DNA of 64,000 nucleotides. Origin: an uncultured Alphaproteobacteria bacterium. Its GTDB lineage: Bacteria; Pseudomonadota; Alphaproteobacteria; RF32; CAG-239. Position 1 is the first letter of the stretch. Each line of letters starts with the position of its first letter. The notes beneath the pieces are model-generated. The model made no database searches, had not been told where the DNA came from, and saw only the letters and a program-made list of their open reading frames with translations. Below are positions 37,416 through 46,912 of the stretch, piece after piece. A program made the translations under genes and the position numbers. The DNA is taken from assembly GCA_910577205.1 (NCBI GenBank), contig CAJTMA010000010.1, positions 56 through 64,055 on the forward strand, read 5' to 3'.

Positions 37416-38555
37416 ATGTCTAATATATCTTTAACCGCAAGTATGCGTTCCAACCTGCTGTCTTTGCAGAAAACGCAGAGCTTGATGGATACCACACAGG
37501 AACGCTTGTCTACTGGTAAAAAGGTAAACAGTGCTTTAGATAATCCTTCTTCTTTTTATACCGCCCAATCCTTAAATAACCGTGCCGGTGATTTAAGCGC
37601 GTTGCTTGATTCTATGGGACAGGGTGTTCAAACCATTAAAGCGGCGGATGAGGCTATTACCTCAATTACATCTTTGGTTCAACAGGCCAAAGCTATTGCC
37701 AATCAGGCGCTTGATGCGTCAGTTAATAAAATTGAATCTGCCGGCAAATTTGTGAATATGACTATTGCTCAAGGGTTGAGCTTTGATATCGAAGGGGCTG
37801 TTGGGCAAGTTCGCGTTGCCATAGACGGGAGTGAGGCCAGAACAATCACTATTGAGCAAATGGCTGAAAAAATTGCAACAGAACTGAATAAGGCCGTTGA
37901 TAAAGACGGGAAAGTGATTGGTGGTTTTGTTGTTGAAGTTAATTCTGACAAAACAGGCCTTAACATCACCTCCGGCACTGGCCGCATTACCAAAGTCAAA
38001 ACCGATGCCAGCAGCGATTTGCCTTTCTTCGGGATGACATTCCCGGGCACGGCTGATGCCGCAGAACGTTTGAAATATCAGGCGCGGTATAATGATGTTT
38101 TGGCACAAATTAACCAACTGGCCAAAGATGCTTCTTATAAAGGTGTCAATTTGTTGCAGGAGAATGATTTGACGGTCATTTTTAATGAAGACCGCTCTTC
38201 TTTGATAAATATTAAAGGCGTTGATGCCTCCACAAAGGGGCTGGGCTTATCAGAAGCAGAAACCTGGGGAAGCATAGAAAATATTCATAAAGTGTCTTCT
38301 GAGGTTGATTCTGCAATTAATATGCTGCGGGCAATGTCTTCCGAGTTTGGGAATAACTATTCAATAGTTCAAACCCGGGAGGACTTCACCGAAAAACTGA
38401 TTAATGTTCTGACCGAGGGTGCAGACAAATTGACCTTAGCTGATATGAATGAAGAGTCAGCCAATATGCTTGCTCTGCAAACCAGACAACAATTGGCAAT
38501 TAACTCTTTGTCTTTGGCATCTCAGGCTGCCCAGTCTGTCCTAAGACTCTTTTAA
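37416..38555 (+). CDS. Flagellin 2
   Basis: Same conserved termini, distinct central domain. Confidence 0.93.
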   Translation: MSNISLTASMRSNLLSLQKTQSLMDTTQERLSTGKKVNSALDNPSSFYTAQSLNNRAGDLSALLDSMGQGVQTIKAADEAITSITSLVQQAKAIANQALDASVNKIESAGKFVNMTIAQGLSFDIEGAVGQVRVAIDGSEARTITIEQMAEKIATELNKAVDKDGKVIGGFVVEVNSDKTGLNITSGTGRITKVKTDASSDLPFFGMTFPGTADAAERLKYQARYNDVLAQINQLAKDASYKGVNLLQENDLTVIFNEDRSSLINIKGVDASTKGLGLSEAETWGSIENIHKVSSEVDSAINMLRAMSSEFGNNYSIVQTREDFTEKLINVLTEGADKLTLADMNEESANMLALQTRQQLAINSLSLASQAAQSVLRLF

Positions 38556-38572
38556 TCGGAGCACGATAAACT

Positions 38573-38601
38573 AAAAGCCGGCATAAATTGCCGGCTTTTT
38601 T
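38573..38601 (+). terminator. Terminator
   Basis: AAAAGCCGGCA/TGCCGGCTTTTT. Confidence 0.8.
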
Positions 38602-38789
38602 ATACGAAAAAGTCATTTTTAGTGACGAAAAGTCAACTTTTGTACATATACCTGTGATTAATGCAGTTTTTTTTCTTGTTATGTGTTAAAAAATAATTAA
38701 ATAATATAACAGAATTATAGTATTAGCAGAACAGATGCTGTTTCGGCCATCACATTCGACATCTGTTCTATCACAAACCGGAGATTAAA

Positions 38790-39890
38790 ATGGCTGATAT
38801 TTCACTTACCGCAAGTATGCGTTCGAATTTGTTATCTTTGCAGAATACCCAGAGCCTTATGGACATGACTCAGGAACGTCTGTCTACAGGTAAAAAGGTT
38901 AATTCGGCGTTAGATAACCCGACATCCTATTATACATCACAGTCTTTGACAAACCGCGCTAATGATTTAAGCGCGTTGCTTGACTCTATGGGACAGGGTG
39001 TACAAACCATTAAAGCTGCTAACGAAGGTATTGAGTCAATTACCGCCTATGTTCAGCAGGCCAAGGCTATTGCTAACGGTGCTCGCGATGAAGCCAATAA
39101 AGTAGCCACTTCAAGTGGTAAAATCACAGCCGTAGATGCTAATGCCGATTTTGATTTTAAAATTGGCGACAAAACACTCAAAGTTGCTTTAGAAACAACA
39201 GATGATGACGCTGAGAAAGTTGCTGCTAAGATGCAGGCAGCGATTGATGCCGATAATGGTGATGACGGTGTTGCCGGCAAATTTACGGTTGAAGCAACAG
39301 AAGACGGTGAAGTTGTTGTGAAATCTGTCGACGGCGAATTCGCTAATGTTTCTTTTGACGCTGCCGGTATTAAACTGAGCGGCAATGTTGGTAACGACAA
39401 CCGCTTAAAGGCTGTTACGCAGTTTAATGACATTTTAGATCAAATTGACCAGTTGGCCAAAGATTCCGGTTACAAAGGCGTTAACCTGTTGCAGGAAAAT
39501 GATTTAACAGTTGTATTCAATGAAGACCGCTCTTCCAACTTGGTCATCAAAGGTGTTGATGCCAGCACTAAAGGATTAAAACTGAGCCGTGTTGATAGCT
39601 GGGGCGATAATGCCAAGATTGACGACGCTATTGCTCAAGTTGAAACAGCAGTTAACACCTTGCGCGGTATGGCATCTGAATTTGGTAACAACTATTCAAT
39701 TGTTCAAAATCGTGAAGACTTTACTGAAAGCTTGATTAATGTATTGGAAGAAGGTTCGGACAAATTGGTTCTGGCCGATATGAATGAAGAGTCAGCCAAT
39801 ATGCTTGCTTTGCAAACCAGACAACAGTTGGCAATTAACTCTTTGTCTTTGGCATCTCAGGCTGCCCAGTCAGTATTAAAGTTGTTCTAA
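38790..39890 (+). CDS. Flagellin 3
   Basis: Same conserved termini, distinct central domain. Confidence 0.93.
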   Translation: MADISLTASMRSNLLSLQNTQSLMDMTQERLSTGKKVNSALDNPTSYYTSQSLTNRANDLSALLDSMGQGVQTIKAANEGIESITAYVQQAKAIANGARDEANKVATSSGKITAVDANADFDFKIGDKTLKVALETTDDDAEKVAAKMQAAIDADNGDDGVAGKFTVEATEDGEVVVKSVDGEFANVSFDAAGIKLSGNVGNDNRLKAVTQFNDILDQIDQLAKDSGYKGVNLLQENDLTVVFNEDRSSNLVIKGVDASTKGLKLSRVDSWGDNAKIDDAIAQVETAVNTLRGMASEFGNNYSIVQNREDFTESLINVLEEGSDKLVLADMNEESANMLALQTRQQLAINSLSLASQAAQSVLKLF

Positions 39891-39909
39891 TACGAACAAA
39901 AGCACATAC

Positions 39910-39937
39910 AAGGGCGGCCAAATGGCCGCCCTTTTTG
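39910..39937 (+). terminator. Terminator
   Basis: AAGGGCGGCC/GGCCGCCCTTTTT. Confidence 0.8.
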
Positions 39938-39993
39938 TTCTTGCTTGAATTTTATATGAAAATCAGATATATTAATACGGTAGGATAATAAAA

Positions 39994-41538
39994 ATGGCTA
40001 TAGAAGAAGAATATTCTGAAATTTCGCCGGCAGATCTTTCCCGTCTTAATGAAGGTCCTCGGGAAACGGATCCTTTTGACGGCGGCGTAACAATGCAACT
40101 TGCGGGAAGCGATCCCGTAAGTAAAGCTGCCTTTTATTCCTTGGAAGACAGCGATATCCGTATTTTGCAAAAGGCTGTAGATAAAAAAGCCATCGCCTAT
40201 ATTGATTGGGCTGAAAAGCAGGAGATGATTACGCCTGAAGGAGCAGAATATCTGCGTTCTTATTATACGGATTCAATGCAAAGCTATGCTGATTTTTATG
40301 ATACGATGACGCAAGTTTTGGGCCGTCCGAGCCAGTGTCTAAGAAATGACTTAGCGCCGGAAGAGCAGGATGATACCAATTACTCGGAAACTTATATTAC
40401 GCCGAATAACTCCATGCTTTTGGTTTATCCGCCCATAACCGATGATCCGGATTTGGCGGACAATCATATGCTTTTTACGCTTCCGGGAATGAAAAATGTG
40501 GTTCGCGCCGTGGCAAAAATTGCCAAGGGCGGAAAATATGATGTTGCTTATAAAGAAGATTTAAAAAAGCTGCAAAAGCAATATGGTCTGGATTGTGCGG
40601 CATACCGTGAAAAGAAAGCGGCGATTATTCCGCCTCATCTGCGCTTGCATGATGTTCTGCGTTGTACCATCAGTGTTCCGACGTATGATTCTATAGAGAT
40701 GGTTATCCGGAGATTTACGGAAGCAAATGGTTTTGAAATTTGCGAAACCAAAGACAAATTTCAGGATAATCGTTCAGCCAGAGATGTCCGCTTTATGAGT
40801 AATCGCAAGAATTACCGTGATAAAAAGATATGCCTGAAAAAAGATAATATGTATTTTGAAATTCAATTCAAAGTCCAGTTATTAGAACAGGCAGATAAGT
40901 TGAGCCACGCTCATTATGAGCAGCTGCGTGAAAAAATTGATGAATATAACCGGGCGGATAAAAATGATTTTGTTCTGCGCCATAAGTTAGAACGGCAGAA
41001 AACTTGGCTGGAATGGGATATTCAAAACATCAATCGCCGGGGAATAGACGAATATAACCTCTTTATTTTAGAAGTCGCCTTAAAAAAGGATACCCGACTT
41101 AAAAAGGAAAAAATTAGGCAGCTGCGCCAGCGCTTTTCTATGGAAAAAGATAAAGAAAAACGCCAAAAATTACGCGGAGAAATTTATAAGCTGGGGCTGA
41201 CGTTGAATGCCGCCCCGGTAACAAAAGAGGCCAAAGAATTTATTCGCAATAACTTTATTGTCCGCCCTTATAAGGCAATAGACCAGCAGCGCGAATTTTC
41301 TACGGCATCTCCGGCTCTTCAAAGTTTTGCAATGCTTAACTATTTCCTTGTAAGTCCGCGTTATCGTGCTAGTATACACGGCAAGCTGCCGGATGATTAC
41401 AGCGAGAAATATAATCAGGCTGATGAGGCGCGCAAAAGAAATGAACAACAGCGCATGGAGCAGGAATACCTGCTGTATCAGCAAACAAGAGGTAATAAAG
41501 GCATAAGGCTGAGCCGCAAAAATTATCAGCACTATTGA
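39994..41538 (+). CDS. RelA/SpoT-type nucleotidyltransferase (alarmone synthetase-like) domain protein
   Basis: Ordered motifs GMKNVVRAVAKI, LHDVLRCTI, KDKF, NYRD, FEIQF, SHAHYEQLR; no HD, TGS or ACT domain. Confidence 0.7.
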   Translation: MAIEEEYSEISPADLSRLNEGPRETDPFDGGVTMQLAGSDPVSKAAFYSLEDSDIRILQKAVDKKAIAYIDWAEKQEMITPEGAEYLRSYYTDSMQSYADFYDTMTQVLGRPSQCLRNDLAPEEQDDTNYSETYITPNNSMLLVYPPITDDPDLADNHMLFTLPGMKNVVRAVAKIAKGGKYDVAYKEDLKKLQKQYGLDCAAYREKKAAIIPPHLRLHDVLRCTISVPTYDSIEMVIRRFTEANGFEICETKDKFQDNRSARDVRFMSNRKNYRDKKICLKKDNMYFEIQFKVQLLEQADKLSHAHYEQLREKIDEYNRADKNDFVLRHKLERQKTWLEWDIQNINRRGIDEYNLFILEVALKKDTRLKKEKIRQLRQRFSMEKDKEKRQKLRGEIYKLGLTLNAAPVTKEAKEFIRNNFIVRPYKAIDQQREFSTASPALQSFAMLNYFLVSPRYRASIHGKLPDDYSEKYNQADEARKRNEQQRMEQEYLLYQQTRGNKGIRLSRKNYQHY

Positions 41539-41545
41539 GGAAAAA

Positions 41546-42694
41546 ATGAAGAAACTTATTTTGCTTTGCAGCGTAATGATGTTAATCGGCAGACAAGCCG
41601 CCGCCACCTTTGAATTAAACGATAGTGTCGGGGGAGGAAAAGCTGTTTTGTCATTGAGCGACGGCATTGTTCAGGAGCAGGATAAGGGCAGTCAGCCTGA
41701 GGATAAACAGGGGGAAGAAGATAAGGGTATTTTTTCCTTTATGGACTTTTCTTTTTTCAAGAAAAACAAACCCAAACTAACGGCGATGCCTAATGAACGG
41801 CGGGAAACTTTTATTGAGCGTGTAACGCGCCAGGCGGAAGAAGGAAACGTGGATGCCCAGCTGAGCTTGGGGTATATGTACCTCTATGGTGAAGATGGAG
41901 TTGGCATTGATTACAAAAAAGCCTTTACTTACTATAATATGGCCGCCGCACAAGGTGACAATATTGCTATCAATAACCTCGGAAGCTTATATTTTAGCGG
42001 TATCGGTACGGAAAAGAATTTTACTAAAGCTGCGCAACTGTTTGAACAGGCAGCCCAGCTGGGCAATACCGAAGCGGCGGTTAATCTGGCTTTTATTTAT
42101 TTGACCAAAAATTCATCTTTAAATAACCCCCGGGAAGCAATTCAGCAATTAAAAGCCGCGTCTGACGCGGGTAATCCGACAGCTAAATTTTTATTGGGAT
42201 ATTCTTATTTTAAGGGATTGGTTGTTGAACAAAACTATAAAAAAGCCTTTGTTTTGATGCGTGATGCCGCAAATGCTCAATATGCCGATGCGGAATATTT
42301 GCTGGGGTATATGTATCTTAACGGTTTGGGTATTACCAAAAACTACGGAAATGCCGTCAAGTATTTTACTTATGCATCCAATCAGGGAAATGTTGATGCG
42401 ATGATTGAACTAGGAAATATGTTGGCTGCGGGCACGATGTATACAAAAGACCTCTACCGAGCCCATATCCTCTTTAATATTGCTTCTGTTCACGGTGTGC
42501 CCTCTGCCGCCGAGAAGCGCGATTATCTGGAGAAAAAACTGAAGATAGAAGAGTTTCTTCAGGCTCAGGCGGAAGCTGAAAAGTTTGAGGAAAAGCCCTC
42601 TGAGCTGACCTCATACATCAAACAAACATTTGGCGATAATATCCGCCGCTATATTGATGAGAATATGTCATTCAACGCAGGCCTGAATAAATAA
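41546..42694 (+). CDS. Secreted Sel1-repeat protein
   Basis: Signal peptide; about 6 repeats of AQ..LG.MY..G.G...Y..A. Confidence 0.88.
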   Translation: MKKLILLCSVMMLIGRQAAATFELNDSVGGGKAVLSLSDGIVQEQDKGSQPEDKQGEEDKGIFSFMDFSFFKKNKPKLTAMPNERRETFIERVTRQAEEGNVDAQLSLGYMYLYGEDGVGIDYKKAFTYYNMAAAQGDNIAINNLGSLYFSGIGTEKNFTKAAQLFEQAAQLGNTEAAVNLAFIYLTKNSSLNNPREAIQQLKAASDAGNPTAKFLLGYSYFKGLVVEQNYKKAFVLMRDAANAQYADAEYLLGYMYLNGLGITKNYGNAVKYFTYASNQGNVDAMIELGNMLAAGTMYTKDLYRAHILFNIASVHGVPSAAEKRDYLEKKLKIEEFLQAQAEAEKFEEKPSELTSYIKQTFGDNIRRYIDENMSFNAGLNK

Positions 42695-42795
42695 ACGAAG
42701 AAGATGGAATAATTAATTAAATCCCTTTGCAAAAAGAATAAAAATCATTTATTTATATATCGTTGTCAACAGCAATAATAAATTTAATCTATTTA

Positions 42796-42996
42796 AAGGG
42801 CCCTGAGAAGCTCTTATCTATAGTGTTGTTAAAGTCAACAGCAGTCAGCCTTCAATAAGTATCTTACTTACTTGGCCGGGGAGACTTTAGTGTATGTTCA
42901 GAGCTTAGGCTTAAAGACTAAAGTGTCATTTCTATAGATATGATTTCTCAGCTCTCCGGCCGCCTTTATCTTTTAAGGCGGAAAAGTTGAAGGATA
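42796..42996 (+). ncRNA. Structured RNA leader of an XRE gene (possibly C4/CI-antisense-like)
   Basis: Multiple complementary blocks; see findings. Confidence 0.5.
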
Positions 42997-43329
42997 ATGC
43001 GCGTGATTATAACTGAAACTGACAAATGTTTAGGCAAACGGCTTCGTCAAATTCGAGAAGAACGGGGGCTTAGTCAGGAAAAGTTGGCGCGCGAAATCGG
43101 GGTTGTGTTTCAACAAATTCAAAAATATGAAGCGGGTGTTAACCGCATATCTTGTTCGCGATTAATCAAAATCTTGGAAGTATTTGATATTTCGGTTATT
43201 GATTTCTTTGCAGGTTTAGAGATTGCCGACCGCCGCTTGATTACTGAAGAGGAATTCCTGTTGTTTAGTGCCTGGCGTCGTCATAATCCGCAAACCCGGC
43301 AAGCTATTCTAACATTGTTGGGGCATTAA
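42997..43329 (+). CDS. XRE-family HTH regulator
   Basis: GLSQEKLAREIGVVFQQIQKYEAGVNRIS. Confidence 0.9.
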   Translation: MRVIITETDKCLGKRLRQIREERGLSQEKLAREIGVVFQQIQKYEAGVNRISCSRLIKILEVFDISVIDFFAGLEIADRRLITEEEFLLFSAWRRHNPQTRQAILTLLGH

Positions 43330-43653
43330 GCATGATTTCAATGCCGACAACGCCGTATTCTTTCTGCCGCTTCAGCGGATAAAAGTCAGCCAAAACGGCA
43401 GCCAGTTCCACAGGAGATGAAAAACCTGCCGTTCGGCAGTCAATTTGTGAGCATAACGCTGTAAAATCTTGCGCCAAATGCAGCTTGGTGACGGTTATTC
43501 GGAATTTCTCCGAAAGATTAGAGCCGTGAGAAAATTCAATAATGTCGCTGGCTTTTATTTTCTGGCGTTTTGCATTCCACAATCTAAGCTCAATGTTCAT
43601 TTTGCCTGATTTATTAGTAAAAAAAATTTTTCTTGTAATTTCATCTGATGCAT
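43304..43653 (-). pseudogene. ASCH-domain gene, frameshifted
   Basis: MHQMKLQEKFFLLI (ATG 43653, SD GAGG) continues in another frame as KSGKMNIELRLW...YGVVGIE. Confidence 0.7.
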
Positions 43654-43673
43654 GATTGTCCTCTCACAATTGT

Positions 43674-43922
43674 TTAAACTTCCTCTAAGCCAAAAGCATC
43701 GTCATATTTAACTGTGCCGTTTAACAGGCAAGGTTCATTATCTATCTCATTATCCTTAATGGCCACTAACGACAATTCTGGAATAAAAGAGGGGCTTTGC
43801 CGTAATTTTTTGAAGAGTTCTTGCTCCGTCCCATCGCTGTGCTCGGCATTTTTGAACGCCTCGATGATAACCTGGTGAACTTTTTCATAATCAGATGGCT
43901 GTTCCGTTCTGATGGTTAACAT
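43674..43922 (-). pseudogene. YhbS-like GNAT acetyltransferase with internal deletion
   Basis: N-terminus IRTEQPSDY..ELSLVA fused directly to C-terminal GTVKYDDAF; acetyl-CoA-binding core missing. Confidence 0.7.
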
Positions 43923-44051
43923 TTTTTATTTCTTTCACTTTGGTGTTTTTTAACCATTGAGGTTATGGTTACCGTAAATGTTTAAATTTTTCAAATAAAC
44001 ATCTCATAAAATGGTTGTTGTACCCAGTTGTTTATTATAAATTATATTATT

Positions 44052-44921
44052 ATGACGACAGATAAACAGAAAAATAAAGAGCAAGAAGAAAGAAAATATC
44101 TTAATTGTTTTCTTAAATCATCATGCGGACAACGCTGGTTGACTAAGAATAAAATTATTCATTCCTCACTTGAAAAAAGCGAAGAGCCTGATTTTTTGTT
44201 TGAAACAGTGAACGGAAAAAAAATAGGGCTTGAAATGACAAGGCTGATTGTCCCTAATGAGAATACGAAAGCAACGCAACAACTTATTACGGTAGGAAAT
44301 CAAGCGAGGGCATATTTTAAACAAAAATATGGTTTTGATATCTCTCTTATTATTGATAAATACGATAAAAGAAAATGGAGCGGCAAGAGATCTGACTATA
44401 TTGATGCCTGTTATCATCCGGGGTTTGCTGTTTTGCCTTCTGTCAAAGAGTTAAAAGATAAAATTATTAGGGCGCTTGATAATAATGTTGAACAACTGAA
44501 GAAAAGAGTCTTTATAGATGTTTGGATAGAAGTTGAAAGTGAACTATTTAAGCTTACTGTAGAAGCTTGTGCCAATCCTTTTGTTGGGGATTATGTCACT
44601 TACGTAAATAACGTTCAGCGTTGCATAGAGAAGCCTTTTGAAGCATTGCAAAACGAGATTAATAAAAAGAATCAAAAAATTATAAATTATATGAATAAAT
44701 GTGATGAATGCTCCCTATTGGTCGTAATCCCTGATGTTAGGGAAGGGTGCTCATGCCATTTTAAGGGATTATCTTTGCAGTTTTTTAAAACAAAATTTAG
44801 TTCTGTTTTTCTTTACGATGCAGATTCTGATAAGTGTTTTTATCTTAAGAAATCGATATGTTGTCTTTTCAATTTAAGGCGCTTACTTGCCTGTTTGCGC
44901 AAGCTATACATCCACCTGTGA
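44052..44921 (+). CDS. AT-rich hypothetical protein, PD-(D/E)XK nuclease-like
   Basis: EEPDFLF...KIGLEMT, INKKNQK..Y...CSLLVV; low GC. Confidence 0.55.
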   Translation: MTTDKQKNKEQEERKYLNCFLKSSCGQRWLTKNKIIHSSLEKSEEPDFLFETVNGKKIGLEMTRLIVPNENTKATQQLITVGNQARAYFKQKYGFDISLIIDKYDKRKWSGKRSDYIDACYHPGFAVLPSVKELKDKIIRALDNNVEQLKKRVFIDVWIEVESELFKLTVEACANPFVGDYVTYVNNVQRCIEKPFEALQNEINKKNQKIINYMNKCDECSLLVVIPDVREGCSCHFKGLSLQFFKTKFSSVFLYDADSDKCFYLKKSICCLFNLRRLLACLRKLYIHL

Positions 44922-44969
44922 ACGGCAGGTTAAACCGGCACAGGCTACTTCAATCTGTTCAAACATCCA

Positions 44970-45003
44970 AATAAAAACCCCGCCGTAAAGGCAGGGGTTT
45001 TAT
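44970..45003. terminator. Bidirectional terminator (tRNA and upstream ORF)
   Basis: AATAAAAACCCC(G)CC/GGCAGGGGTTTTATT. Confidence 0.75.
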
Positions 45004-45004
45004 T

Positions 45005-45091
45005 TGGTGCGCTAGGCCGGAATCGAACCGGCACGTCCTTGCGGACAACAGATTTTAAGTCTGCAGCGTCTACCAGTTCCGCCACAAGCGC
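45005..45091 (-). tRNA. tRNA-Leu(TAA)
   Basis: GCGCTTG acceptor, GGCGGAACTGGTAGACGC D-arm, GCAGA-CTTAAAA-TCTGT, long variable arm, GGTTCGATTCC, encoded CCA. Confidence 0.95.
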
Positions 45092-45344
45092 ATCATCTGC
45101 AAAGTTTATACTCATAATTTTGCATAATTGCAATATCTAATTTTTATTTTTTTCATCATAAGTCTTCAGTTGGGGAGTGAAAACAGATAAAACTTGCCTG
45201 TTGGCAAAAAATATGCTTACCTGAGAGTTGTAATTAACAAAATTACGCTTACATATTAACCGCCTGTCGGTATCTGGCGCTGCGGCAGTTGACAGCGTCA
45301 CGGCATCGCCAAATTTCGGCAGGCCCTTTAGAGGACTATATTTC

Positions 45345-46052
45345 ATGAAAACTATTGATATCTCATGGCGTAGATACATTCTTCCCAATATCCACAACGA
45401 GGGATGGAAGTTTGTAGGCATTTTTGCTGCCGTTACCGCATTGTTAGCCATGATGTGGGAACCCTTAGGCTGGGTAGGTATTGCTTTAACAATCTGGTGT
45501 TTTTATTTCTTCCGCGATCCTGAGCGCGTTACCCCGGAAATCAACGATGTTGTGGTTTCTCCGGCAGATGGTATTGTTCAGATGATTACAAAGGTTAAAG
45601 CGCCGGAAGAACTGGGTTTGGGTGATAAAAAATTTACCCGCGTCAGTGTTTTCATGAGCGTTTTTAATGTCCATGTCAACCGTGCTCCGGCTGAAGGCAA
45701 AATTACCAAAGCCGTATACGTCCCGGGTAAATTTTTCAATGCAACATTGGATAAAGCCAGCAAAGATAACGAACGTCAGCTTTTGGCAATGAAAACCAAA
45801 GGCGGTAAAGATATTGCCTTTGTGCAGATTGCCGGATTGGTTGCCCGCCGTATTTTGTGCGAAGCAACAGAAGGGCAAGAATATAAAGCAGGTGAGCGCT
45901 TTGGGATGATTCGCTTCGGATCTCGCCTGGATGTTTATCTGCCGGAAGGCGTTGAACCACAAGTTTGTTTAGGCCAGATTATGGTTGCCGGCGAGAGCAT
46001 TATTGCCAATCTGAACAGCAATGCCCCGCAAATTAAAGGGGTAATCAGATAA
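45345..46052 (+). CDS. psd: Phosphatidylserine decarboxylase
   Basis: FFRDPER, SPADG, FNVHVNR, IRFGSR self-cleavage site. Confidence 0.95.
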   Translation: MKTIDISWRRYILPNIHNEGWKFVGIFAAVTALLAMMWEPLGWVGIALTIWCFYFFRDPERVTPEINDVVVSPADGIVQMITKVKAPEELGLGDKKFTRVSVFMSVFNVHVNRAPAEGKITKAVYVPGKFFNATLDKASKDNERQLLAMKTKGGKDIAFVQIAGLVARRILCEATEGQEYKAGERFGMIRFGSRLDVYLPEGVEPQVCLGQIMVAGESIIANLNSNAPQIKGVIR

Positions 46053-46840
46053 TGGAAAAAAAATCTGTAAAAACCCTGCCGCTTAAAAAGGCGTTTGGGG
46101 ATCGTTTGCCATTCCGCAAAATAGCCCCGAATATCGTTACCATGTTAGCCCTTTGCGCCGGTGTAACTTCTATTCGTTACTCTGTGCAGGAAGATTGGGT
46201 AAAAGCTGTTATTTGTATCTTTCTGGCTGCGTTGTTTGACGGCTTGGACGGCCGGGTTGCCCGGATGTTGAAAGGGTCTACAAAATTCGGTGCTGAGCTT
46301 GATTCTTTGTCAGACTTCGTCAGCTTTGGTGTTGCCCCGGCAATCTTGATGTATCAGTGGACGTTGTTTGACCTGCCGAAATTCGGTTGGTTCTTCTGCT
46401 TGCTGTTTTCAATTGCCATGTCGATGCGTCTGGCTCGTTTTAATACAATGCTGGATGATGAACCTCAACCGGAATATTGGCATCATTTCTTTGTTGGCGT
46501 TCCTGCGCCGGCTGCTGCTGCTTTGGCGATTATGCCGATAATGATTTCGTTTGACTTTCCGGAATATGAAATCTTTCGCTCCAATATGTTTTGCAGCATT
46601 TTGATGTGCGTGGTTTCTTTCCTGATGGTCAGCCGGATCCCGACTATTTCGACTAAGAAAATGCGTGTGCCGACTTATATGTTTATTCCCTTGATGTTAG
46701 TTGTCGCTTTGTTTGCCAGCTTTATTATGAGCCAGCCTTGGTTGACATTGGGAATTTCAACATTATGTTATGCGCTTTCAATTCCTCTGGGCGTTTTATT
46801 CTTCCTGAAAGAAAAACACGACTTTGAGAAAAAAGCCTAA
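46052..46840 (+). CDS. pssA: Phosphatidylserine synthase
   Basis: DGLDGRVAR..FGAELDSLSDFVSFGVAPA. Confidence 0.93.
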   Translation: MEKKSVKTLPLKKAFGDRLPFRKIAPNIVTMLALCAGVTSIRYSVQEDWVKAVICIFLAALFDGLDGRVARMLKGSTKFGAELDSLSDFVSFGVAPAILMYQWTLFDLPKFGWFFCLLFSIAMSMRLARFNTMLDDEPQPEYWHHFFVGVPAPAAAALAIMPIMISFDFPEYEIFRSNMFCSILMCVVSFLMVSRIPTISTKKMRVPTYMFIPLMLVVALFASFIMSQPWLTLGISTLCYALSIPLGVLFFLKEKHDFEKKA

Positions 46841-46860
46841 CCGGATAAGTTAAGCAAAAC

Positions 46861-46888
46861 ACCCCCTGAAAATAATTTTTCAGGGGGT
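46861..46888. terminator. Terminator between convergent pssA and der
   Basis: ACCCCCTGAAAA/TTTTCAGGGGGT. Confidence 0.7.
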
Positions 46889-46912
46889 GTCTCTATAGGG
46901 AAAAGAAATAAA

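Noticed and set aside
36060-38789. Sigma54 or sigma28 promoters for the flagellins
   Set aside because: No convincing GG-N10-GC or TAAA-N15-GCCGATAA match found by eye
42695-45091. Intact prophage or ICE at tRNA-Leu
   Set aside because: No integrase, no phage genes and no duplicated tRNA 3' end seen
45005-45091. U-U mismatch in the tRNA acceptor stem as a sign of a pseudo-tRNA
   Set aside because: Single mismatch; all other arms, the CCA end and the terminator are intact
44945-45133. 62-aa ORF
   Set aside because: It is a translation of the tRNA-Leu gene and its terminator
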